This document shows positions 16,104 through 23,551 of a stretch of 24,846 nt of DNA, one piece after another. Where the stretch lies: positions 1 to 24,846 of IMG/VR virus record IMGVR_UViG_3300044858_004988. One strand, 5' to 3'. Position 1 is the first letter of the stretch, and each line of letters begins with the position of its first letter. The DNA comes from a virus. Taxonomy: Duplodnaviria; Caudoviricetes. Both the position numbers and the translations under genes were made by a program. A model generated the notes under the pieces. That model ran no database searches. It had not been told where the DNA came from and saw only the letters and a list, made by a program, of their open reading frames with translations.

Positions 16104-16769
16104 TTACTCCTCAATTCCATTGACCCAGCCCGTAGCGCTTTCACTGTTGTCCTGCATTTTGCTAAAGGGCCAATCGTCAATGTTGCCGGTTTCCCCAGCC
16201 TCTTCAATCGCAGCGTAAATTACAGCTAGTCTTCTATCGTTATGAAACGATGCAGCCAGAAGTTTTTCGTGGCGTTCCACAAGGGCTATAAATTCAGGCA
16301 AATCGTTTTGCGCCGCTATCTGTTTTTCAGCATAAGCCAATTTTTCATTATATCCAAGCTCTTGCGGCCAAAGCGCACGGTTGTTAGATTCCCAGTACCC
16401 CCTAGCCAAAGTTTTCAGCTCAGCTTTACTGCGCCGCTTGAGCACACGGGTCTCCTCGTAGGTCCCCTGAGGGTGGCCGGTTGGTGGCTTGGGTACGGCT
16501 GGCTTTAGAAAGCGGCCACTGTTTTCGGAATCAACAAACCTAAGCTCGGAGTCAAAGGGCGCTCCCTCGAACGGCACATATTCGTAAAATTCTTCGCTGA
16601 AATCGTGAACGCCACCGTTGCCGGTGGGCCAGTGATCACCGCGTGGGTTGTTAATGTTGCCGTTGCTTACATTAACAAACAAGGCAACGCTTTTGCCATC
16701 CAATGGTCCTGAGGTGTAATACTCAATTCCAGTGGTGGGATTTGTTGCTGTGGGGGTCATGGGGGTCAT
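16104..16769 (-). CDS. Hypothetical protein, possibly fibre-associated, 221 aa
   Basis: Long ORF in lower-GC DNA directly after the fibre-like gene. Confidence 0.7.
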   Translation of the reverse strand: MTPMTPTATNPTTGIEYYTSGPLDGKSVALFVNVSNGNINNPRGDHWPTGNGGVHDFSEEFYEYVPFEGAPFDSELRFVDSENSGRFLKPAVPKPPTGHPQGTYEETRVLKRRSKAELKTLARGYWESNNRALWPQELGYNEKLAYAEKQIAAQNDLPEFIALVERHEKLLAASFHNDRRLAVIYAAIEEAGETGNIDDWPFSKMQDNSESATGWVNGIEE

Positions 16770-16774
16770 GGTGT

Positions 16775-18115
16775 TTAGGAGTAACGAACGTAAACAGTGA
16801 GCTTGAGGCCGGTGGCCCCTGTGCCGACCTGGATTAGGTCGCCCCCTACGGTATCCCCGGCCACAAGGGTCAGGTTGCCCGTGAGGGTGCCGCTCACATT
16901 TGTATAAATACCAGTGGTCACGGGCAGGGATGCGTTGGCGCTCAAAAGATTGGTCTTTGTCCCACTGCGGCGGGCAAACAGCATCACCTGGCTGCTGCCG
17001 CTGGTTGATACAGTTGTTGGGTTTAATTCAAAAGTCACACCTATTACTGTGCAAGCCCGATCTACGGCTTTCTCTTCGTAGTTATTACGAGGGACCGCAG
17101 TTTCCCCATTGTTTGAAATGGTGAGGACTATGCCCTCGGTCATTACAAGGTTGCCACTCTGAATCGAAAGCCCGCCGGCTGGGGTGATCTCCTCGACCGC
17201 CCCCACTCCTGCCGTGCCGCGGCCGGCAATGCGGTTGGTGGCCATGGTCAAACCGCTGGAGCCGATCAGGCCGCCCAAGGCCCTTTCTGCGATGTTCCCG
17301 ACGACCTTCTGCAGTGCCTGCAAAATCGAGTCCGACGCGCCAACGGTCCCGGCCCCTGAGGTGAATCCGGTCAGCGCCGCGCCGATCGCTCGGGCGGCCG
17401 TGAAGAACAGGTTGCCGCCGCTCTCGCCAAGGTCGCCTGTTCCCAGCGTGACAGCGCCGGTCTGCCCGTTGATCGAGCTGACCGGTGCAATGCCAGTGGG
17501 GAGCTGGATCCAGTCCGCCAGGGAGGCGCCGTTATTGGCGACGATCACCCATTCCGTGTAGGAGTCAGTTCGGATGCACCAGTCACCGCCTTCCCCGCGA
17601 AGGGCGAGCATTGCGGACTGGTTGGCCGCTTGGCCAAGGTATTGAACCACCGCAACCGCCGGGATCTGGCTGGTGGGCACCACGCCGCCCACCAAGTCGG
17701 CTTTTGCGGTGAGCGCTGCCGGTTGAACCGCCGTGTCGGCTTTGGTTCCCTGCGCTGCCGTGGCGTAATCGGTTGCGGCGGTTAAGGCCGCAGTGCCCAG
17801 CTCCAGGGTGGTGCGGGCGGTCGCTGCATTCAGCCCCGTACTGCTGCCGTCCCAGCGGAGCCGCTCGCTGAAGGCGGTGTCCCAGTTGGCCTGGCTGGTG
17901 TTGGAGGGCAGGCTGTATCCAGCGGCAAACGACAGGGTGATGTTGCCGCTCACCGTCACTGGCGAGCCGCTCACTGAGAATCCCGTCGGGACAACTAGGC
18001 CCACGCTGGTCACGGTCCCAGATCCGCCGTCGCCCGCACCGCCTTGCCCAGGCGGCGGGTTCACCGTGGCCTGGAGGGGGGTCTCGTTCAGTACAACAAC
18101 TGCCGTTATATCCAC
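16775..18115 (-). CDS. Fibre-like structural protein, 446 aa
   Basis: Gly/Thr/Ala-rich; fibre-type motifs GTVTSVGL, ATAAQGTKADTAVQP, KADLVGGVVPTSQIP and VSSINGQTGAVTL. Confidence 0.78.
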   Translation of the reverse strand: MDITAVVVLNETPLQATVNPPPGQGGAGDGGSGTVTSVGLVVPTGFSVSGSPVTVSGNITLSFAAGYSLPSNTSQANWDTAFSERLRWDGSSTGLNAATARTTLELGTAALTAATDYATAAQGTKADTAVQPAALTAKADLVGGVVPTSQIPAVAVVQYLGQAANQSAMLALRGEGGDWCIRTDSYTEWVIVANNGASLADWIQLPTGIAPVSSINGQTGAVTLGTGDLGESGGNLFFTAARAIGAALTGFTSGAGTVGASDSILQALQKVVGNIAERALGGLIGSSGLTMATNRIAGRGTAGVGAVEEITPAGGLSIQSGNLVMTEGIVLTISNNGETAVPRNNYEEKAVDRACTVIGVTFELNPTTVSTSGSSQVMLFARRSGTKTNLLSANASLPVTTGIYTNVSGTLTGNLTLVAGDTVGGDLIQVGTGATGLKLTVYVRYS

Positions 18116-18117
18116 TG

Positions 18118-18471
18118 TTACGACGCCCTCCCAAGCCTGGTGATTTCCTGTGTTCCTGCGAAAAGCGGGATGATCGTTCCGTTGGCTTGCGTGAGGATGA
18201 TCTCCCAGTAGTAGCTTCCTGCCGTCAGTGGCAGGATTTGCGGGTTAATTCGGAAAATGCCACCTGCGGCATTGGTGATCTGAATCCCAGCGCCAACGAC
18301 AAGATTCAACCTCTCCAGGTTCTCACCGACTCGCCGGTAGACCATGCGCGGCTGCGCATTGGTCAGGTCCAGCGGGATCCCGGCCGGCTGCTCCAGCGTT
18401 ACCGAGTTAATTCCTTCCCACGTCGTGCCTTCATAGACCGCGCTGAGCGTGAGGATTTGCGGCTGTGTCAT
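18118..18471 (-). CDS. Small beta-sandwich virion protein (BppU-N-like), 117 aa
   Basis: PLDLTN, IQITNAAGGIF, YYWEIILT and LFAGT pattern typical of phage fibre-anchoring proteins. Confidence 0.6.
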   Translation of the reverse strand: MTQPQILTLSAVYEGTTWEGINSVTLEQPAGIPLDLTNAQPRMVYRRVGENLERLNLVVGAGIQITNAAGGIFRINPQILPLTAGSYYWEIILTQANGTIIPLFAGTQEITRLGRAS

Positions 18472-18508
18472 AGCTGGCGGGCAGCTGGCGTCAGGCTAGG
18501 CCTCACAA

Positions 18509-18874
18509 TCAGCTGGCCTTGCCGGATTTCTTGGCGGTGGGCTCTGGTGTGAGTCCTTCAGCCAGCAGCGCTTCTCCACCACCGTCTGCTGGCTCGCTGC
18601 TGGCAACCTGGGCCAGCTCATCAAACTCCGCCAGCGACTCTTTAAGGGCCGTCTCTGCCGCGGCCACGTGGTCATTGCCTGGAGGCAGCTCCATCAGCGT
18701 TTCGAGAACCGTGTTCATAGCCCATGCCGCCTCGATCGGGCCAACCTGCTTCAGGAAGGCCAGGAAGTGCTGGGCGGCGTAGGCGCATTCGTTACGGTTC
18801 ATGGATGGCGACTCTGGATCGCCCTCATGGTAGGCATGGCCCTGGTTGGCAATGCCAAAACCGGGCCTTGCCAT
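18509..18874 (-). CDS. Hypothetical protein (start may be ATG 18802)
   Basis: Helical acidic product, co-oriented with downstream genes. Confidence 0.55.
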   Translation of the reverse strand: MARPGFGIANQGHAYHEGDPESPSMNRNECAYAAQHFLAFLKQVGPIEAAWAMNTVLETLMELPPGNDHVAAAETALKESLAEFDELAQVASSEPADGGGEALLAEGLTPEPTAKKSGKAS

Positions 18875-18886
18875 GGGGGCCGCAGC

Positions 18887-19135
18887 TCACGGGCGAAGCG
18901 GCGCGGCCAGGGGCTGTGCAGGCCCATTAAGCGCCGCAATGTCCCGCACGATCGAGAAAGCCACCAGCGCCACGACCAGGGCCACACCAGATAGGCAGAT
19001 GGCAATCAGGCCGGCATTGCAGCAAGGGGCAGGGGCTGATCGTTTGGGGCGGCGGGCCCGGAACTGGGGATGTAGAACCCGCGCAGGGGGCCGAGAGGCG
19101 GGCTTTGGCAGAACGGGGAGAAGGAGTGTGGGCAT
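18887..19135 (-). CDS. Small single-pass membrane protein
   Basis: Hydrophobic run LIAICLSGVALVVALVAFSIV preceded by a basic segment. Confidence 0.55.
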   Translation of the reverse strand: MPTLLLPVLPKPASRPPARVLHPQFRARRPKRSAPAPCCNAGLIAICLSGVALVVALVAFSIVRDIAALNGPAQPLAAPLRP

Positions 19136-19231
19136 GTTGAGATCGCTACGTTGTGAGTGCGTAACAACAATACATCAGTTCGGCTGTGGGGGTATGATCC
19201 GACCATCCCCGGCCTGAGCCGACCCGGATCA

Positions 19232-19534
19232 ATGACATCGTTTTCCCGCTTTGCGATCACCACCGCCCTGCTGACGCTCGGCGCCTGCCATGCGGCGCCA
19301 GCCCATGCCGGCGTGGGCACTGCGGCCTGGGCCACGGCCGGTTCGATCTGCCGGGCCCTGGGCGCCGACCTGACCATCCGCGCCGCCGTGCGAGTGGGGC
19401 TTTCGGACAATGCCTACCTCTGGTCCGCAGAGATGCGCGACCCGTCGTTTCAGCAGCTGATGGTGGCCGAAGCCGTCAGGCAATGCCCTGAGCAGCTGAT
19501 CCGCGCCGTCAATCAAGGCCGGACGCAGCCATGA
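19232..19534 (+). CDS. Small secreted protein with two mature-region cysteines
   Basis: Signal peptide MTSFSRFAITTALLTLGACHAAPAHA; ..SICRAL..VRQCPE; start reassigned to ATG 19232. Confidence 0.68.
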   Translation: MTSFSRFAITTALLTLGACHAAPAHAGVGTAAWATAGSICRALGADLTIRAAVRVGLSDNAYLWSAEMRDPSFQQLMVAEAVRQCPEQLIRAVNQGRTQP

Positions 19535-19561
19535 CCCTCCGCGAGGCCATCGCCAGTCGCC

Positions 19562-20866
19562 TTACCAGCTACGCGGCTGAGCGCGGACTTCCCCCGTTGG
19601 ACCCACCGCCAGGGTCTCCAGCACCGCCGAAAACAGCGCCCGTTGCTCCTCTGGTGTCGCACCCGCGAAAAACTCAGGGTCGCTGATCCGCTCGGCATAG
19701 CCAGCCAACTCAGGTGCCACCCTCGGCCGTCCTATCAGGCTGGCAATCTCCGTCCGCAACGCAACGCACGCCGATGCAATCGCCGGGTTGCGCCTAGCCA
19801 GCCCCTCCAGTTGCTCCAGATCCCGCCGCTTTGCCGCCACCGCCGGATCCTCGTCGGCGGGCATGGCATACGCTGCCGCCAGGCGATCTGCAGCAGCCAC
19901 GCACGCCGCCACCGCCAGAGGCATGGCATCAGGTTCCCGGATGGCGCCTTTCTCCTCGCACAACCGGTGACGGCAACGCCACCACGCCGTATTCCCCGAG
20001 TTGTTGCGGCGCAGGCTGTGGCCGCACGCCGCGCAGCTCAGCAACCCGGTCAACCCATGGCGAGCTTCACGGCCTCGACCCAGAAAGGTGTTGCTGGGCC
20101 GCCGCAGATACATCGCCAGCTCCTGCCAATCGGCCTCACCGATCAGCGGCGGGTGCTGGTCGTAGTGGATCTCGCCCCATTGCTGATTCCAGCTCTTCCC
20201 GCTGCCTTTCTGCAGTAGGTGGCCCACGTGCCCCCTGATGCAGGGGTTGTAGAACCAAGCCTGCAGGTTTGGGCTCGCCGGGGTCCACTCGCACCAGCTC
20301 GGCAATTCTCTCATCACCGCTGAGAAACTCCCCAACTGCCGCAACCTCTCCAACACCTTCAACGCTTGGGGCCAGTGCTCCGGGTGGGGCTCCAACTTGT
20401 GGTTGGCACCGCCTCGATACCCAAACGGTTTCCGGCGCCGTAGGTGGCGGCCCTGGGAGCGGTACTGCTCAAACTGCCGCCGCAGCCGCAGGCTCAGCAT
20501 CCGCGACTCCACCTCGGCCATGGTGGTGAGGATCCGGGCTTGCATGAATCCCTGGGGTGACGCCGCTTCGATGGTGCCGCCGTCGATCGCCGTGACCTTG
20601 ACCCCTTGGATCCCGCACAGGGCCAGCAGCTCATCGGCGAAGGCGGCGTTGCGGCCCAGCCGATCGGCTCTGGTGATCACCAGCTCGGCCACGCGGCCTG
20701 AGCGAACCTCAAGGATCACTTCCGCCAGGCCGGGGCGATCGTCATTCCGACCGCTCTCCAGCTCCTCCACGATCCGATCACAACCGGCCGCCCGAAGCCT
20801 GGCCACCTGAGCTGGCAGGGAGTCGGCCTGCTCCTCCTTCGAGACGCGGGCATAGCCGAGCTTCAT
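19562..20866 (-). CDS. Large serine recombinase (phage integrase)
   Basis: Catalytic YARVS, ESGR..RPGL and DRLGR motifs; KPFGY recombinase domain; zinc ribbon CAACG..WWRC..C; coiled coil. Confidence 0.95.
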   Translation of the reverse strand: MKLGYARVSKEEQADSLPAQVARLRAAGCDRIVEELESGRNDDRPGLAEVILEVRSGRVAELVITRADRLGRNAAFADELLALCGIQGVKVTAIDGGTIEAASPQGFMQARILTTMAEVESRMLSLRLRRQFEQYRSQGRHLRRRKPFGYRGGANHKLEPHPEHWPQALKVLERLRQLGSFSAVMRELPSWCEWTPASPNLQAWFYNPCIRGHVGHLLQKGSGKSWNQQWGEIHYDQHPPLIGEADWQELAMYLRRPSNTFLGRGREARHGLTGLLSCAACGHSLRRNNSGNTAWWRCRHRLCEEKGAIREPDAMPLAVAACVAAADRLAAAYAMPADEDPAVAAKRRDLEQLEGLARRNPAIASACVALRTEIASLIGRPRVAPELAGYAERISDPEFFAGATPEEQRALFSAVLETLAVGPTGEVRAQPRSW

Positions 20867-20898
20867 GGATAGGCTGCGGTGCAGTGGTTTCGGAGCCT

Positions 20899-20942
20899 AG
20901 CGCTTTGACGACGTTTTCCTTAGATACCGTCTCATAAGCGCT
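20899..20942. other. Candidate serine-integrase attachment site (attP-like)
   Basis: Ungapped imperfect inverted repeat around a central TT (20920-20921), 14 of 21 flanking pairs complementary, 33 bp upstream of the integrase start. Confidence 0.62.
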
Positions 20943-21142
20943 GCCTGTGGTACGGTTCAGGCGTCGGGGGAGACAACCCGATCGCCAGCCGGCCATAGGC
21001 GCAAAACCGGGCCGATCCGCCCCCAGCAGTTAGGGGGCAATCAAATCCAGCAGAAGAGCCCTGAGTGGCCCTGCTGGCACCGCATTACAACCCACCCTGA
21101 GCAGGCTCTGAGCAGCCGCCGGGACCCTCATAGGACCGAACC

Positions 21143-21631
21143 ATGACCACGATCTGCATCACCGCTCCCGATCTGAAGACCATCACCAGGGGCCTTTCCT
21201 CCGACTGGGGCCCGACGCTCCATGCCGCTGCCCGCCGCCTGGGGGCGGTGGTGGCCCTGATCTACACGCTGGGTTTCATGGCCGGCGAGCGCTGGCATCA
21301 GCTGGTGGCCTGGGCCCAGGAGCACCAGCTCCACGGCCTGGCCCGGCTGGGGTTGTCCGGGGGCAACTTGAAAGCCAGGCTTACAGGTTCAGCTCCAGAC
21401 CAATTTCCTGGCGCCACGGAAATGGTCACCACCCCCGTGGGGCCGAAACCCGTTGCTATCACTAACGGCGCCGAACTTTTGCCGGCCCCAGATGCCGCTC
21501 CGGTCACCACCTCCGCCAACGTCGCACCGCCCTCGGTCCGGCGTCTCGCCGCTCAGGGCTGCAGCCAGCGGGAGATCGCCGGCACACTGGGGCTCACCCG
21601 CTACCAGGTCCGCAAGGCCCTTGTTGCCTGA
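21143..21631 (+). CDS. Hypothetical protein with a C-terminal HTH
   Basis: SD-like AGGA before the ATG; VRRLAAQGCSQREIAGTLGLTRYQVRKAL; N-terminal hydrophobic helix. Confidence 0.72.
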   Translation: MTTICITAPDLKTITRGLSSDWGPTLHAAARRLGAVVALIYTLGFMAGERWHQLVAWAQEHQLHGLARLGLSGGNLKARLTGSAPDQFPGATEMVTTPVGPKPVAITNGAELLPAPDAAPVTTSANVAPPSVRRLAAQGCSQREIAGTLGLTRYQVRKALVA

Positions 21632-21687
21632 GCACCACCACGGCCCGCCGGAGCCCATCCGGCACCCCTTCCCATCGCACGCTTCCC

Positions 21688-22002
21688 ATGGTCACCTTCA
21701 TTTCCTTCACCAGCACCGGAGGCCGAATCGGTCGCATCCACTGGGCCAACACTGCCCCCTTCAAAGGCGGCACCATCTGGGGCCAGATGCAGTGGGACAA
21801 GTTCTGGCCTGCGAAGCCTGAGGAGCTGTTCTCTGCACGCATCCGGCGCTACGCCGAAGTTGTTCGGTCGGTCGGCAAGCAGATGAACCAGGTCCTGGCA
21901 ACGGTGAAGCAGGCGGAAAACGCCTTTGCTGAGTTCGGCCGAGCGTTCGGTGCCGCTGCCGAGATCAGGACTGTCACACCTCCAGCTCCGCCACCTCATT
22001 GA
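21688..22002 (+). CDS. Hypothetical protein, 104 aa
   Basis: ATG start and protein-like composition; its 3' end overlaps the MuF 3' end by 29 bp. Confidence 0.5.
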   Translation: MVTFISFTSTGGRIGRIHWANTAPFKGGTIWGQMQWDKFWPAKPEELFSARIRRYAEVVRSVGKQMNQVLATVKQAENAFAEFGRAFGAAAEIRTVTPPAPPPH

Positions 22003-23359
22003 CCATGGCCTCGTAGGCCTCGCGAGCGGCGGCATTGATCCAGCCCCTGGAGGGGGTCCAGACCGGATCCCCCGATGGCCAGGGCCTGGCCCCACCGTTG
22101 GCGGGGTTGTTCTCGGTGTTGGGCCTTGGAGTGGTGGCCGGCAGGGCGGTGCGTTCCATCAGGGGGTAGTCCCGCGGGCCCCGGGGTTCACCGGTGCCGC
22201 CGATTGGCCGCCAGGGCCTGGTGCTGGCCTCGTCGTACTTCCTGCGGGTCCCCGCGGCCAGTGCCTGCTGCTGATCCTCCCAGCGCTCGCCGCGGTTGGC
22301 CGCCAACTGGTTCTGGATCACCAGCGCCTCCAGGGTGATCGGGGAAAGGGCACACCTGCATCTGGGATGGATGGGGGTTTTGACGCTGCCGGCGTAATAG
22401 AGGGCCCCCATCCGGGGTGCGCAGAACTCGCAGACCCGATCGTCGGCGGTGGCCACGTACCGCACGAACCCAACGCCGATGCGGCGGAAGGTGCGCTCTC
22501 TGGCCTCGCCGGCGGCGATGTGGGTCTCGGTGCGGGCCACGGTCTCGGCCCGGTTGCGAAACGCATCGTTGATGTGGGGGAGGCGGGCCTTGAGGTTGCG
22601 GGCCAGGGCGCGGCTGTCGACGCCGGTGGCCATCTGAGTGGCGGTCTCGAACTGCACGGCATCGCCCCAGTCGCGCCACCAGCGGAAGAAATAGTCCTTC
22701 GCTGCCCAGACCCGATCGGAGGTTGCGGCGTTGCGCTGGCGGCGGTAGTCGGCGCTGAGGGTCTTGAAGTCCCGCTCAGACGCGGCGATGACGGCCCCCA
22801 GGTTCAGGAGCCTGGTGAAGCTCTGCCCCTCCTGGTAGGGGCTGCCCGGGGCCGGGGCGTCGGTGGGGGCCGGTGGTGCCGCCGGTGGCAGCTGGGGGTC
22901 CTGCAGCGAGGGGTGGCGGCTGCTGAGCACGGCCGCCGGGGGGAGCATGTCCCGCGACAGCTCGAGGGCGTACTCAGTCCCCAGATCTTGGGCCCGGTTG
23001 TAGAGCTCCGTGAGCTCACGGTTCAGGGCTGCATTGGCTGCCCGATCGGCCGGGAAGCGGTTGATGATCACCTGCAGGTCCTGGGCCAGCTGGCCTTGCA
23101 GGTAGAGGCTGGCCTGATCTTTCTGCAACGGGGTGATCGGCACCGGGCCATCCGGGGTGGAGCCCAGGAAGGCACCGGGGGTGGTGGCCGGGTCGTAGTC
23201 GGGCTGGGCCTCGATCCGCTCCAGGCGATCCATCAGGCTGCGGATGGTGCGGCGCAGGGCCTCATCGAAGATGCCCTTGAGCTTCCGCAGCTGCTGGTCC
23301 TCCAGGCCCCGCAGCTCCTGGTCGAGCTGCTCGATCAGATCCAGGGAGCGGTCAGCCAT
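21974..23359 (-). CDS. MuF / SPP1 gp7-family minor head protein
   Basis: RAETVARTET, YVATADDRVCEFC and PIHPRCRCAL motifs. Confidence 0.93.
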   Translation of the reverse strand: MADRSLDLIEQLDQELRGLEDQQLRKLKGIFDEALRRTIRSLMDRLERIEAQPDYDPATTPGAFLGSTPDGPVPITPLQKDQASLYLQGQLAQDLQVIINRFPADRAANAALNRELTELYNRAQDLGTEYALELSRDMLPPAAVLSSRHPSLQDPQLPPAAPPAPTDAPAPGSPYQEGQSFTRLLNLGAVIAASERDFKTLSADYRRQRNAATSDRVWAAKDYFFRWWRDWGDAVQFETATQMATGVDSRALARNLKARLPHINDAFRNRAETVARTETHIAAGEARERTFRRIGVGFVRYVATADDRVCEFCAPRMGALYYAGSVKTPIHPRCRCALSPITLEALVIQNQLAANRGERWEDQQQALAAGTRRKYDEASTRPWRPIGGTGEPRGPRDYPLMERTALPATTPRPNTENNPANGGARPWPSGDPVWTPSRGWINAAAREAYEAMVNEVAELEV

Positions 23360-23551
23360 TCAGGGGCCACAGCGCGCCCGCAGGGCGTCGATGCGACGCT
23401 GGAGGCTGTCATTGGTTGTGAGAGCAGGCCGGCCGGTGAGCTCGCGGAGGTGCTCGTCCTCCAGCCGGTAGAACGCCGCCACGTCGCCACGCCCCCGGGC
23501 CTCATTCATAGCCGCAAGCAACTGAAAGCGACGGGGGAATGGTTGTCTCAT
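23360..23551 (-). CDS. Small protein, 63 aa, ending in a truncated cassette (DSLQRRIDALRARC)
   Basis: ATGA overlap with the kinase stop; its stop abuts the MuF start. Confidence 0.7.
   Translation of the reverse strand: MRQPFPRRFQLLAAMNEARGRGDVAAFYRLEDEHLRELTGRPALTTNDSLQRRIDALRARCGP

Noticed and set aside
19161-19198. NtcA-like box GTA..TAC upstream of TATGAT
   Set aside because: The spacer is 7 nt rather than the required 8, and the distance to the -10-like element is shorter than usual.
19562-20866. Gin/Cin-type invertase switching the nearby fibre genes
   Set aside because: It is a large serine recombinase with recombinase and zinc-ribbon domains, and I found no inverted crossover sites or inverted alternative fibre tips.
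18856-21013. 12-bp direct repeat caaaaccgggcc at 18856-18867 and 21002-21013 flanking the integrase, as possible ends of a nested element
   Set aside because: Several 12-mer repeats are expected by chance in 25 kb, serine integrases do not need such repeats, and one copy lies in a probable ORF.
21974-22330. Toxin domain at the MuF C-terminus
   Set aside because: The extension is short and Pro-rich and shows no nuclease, ART or peptidase motif I can recognise.
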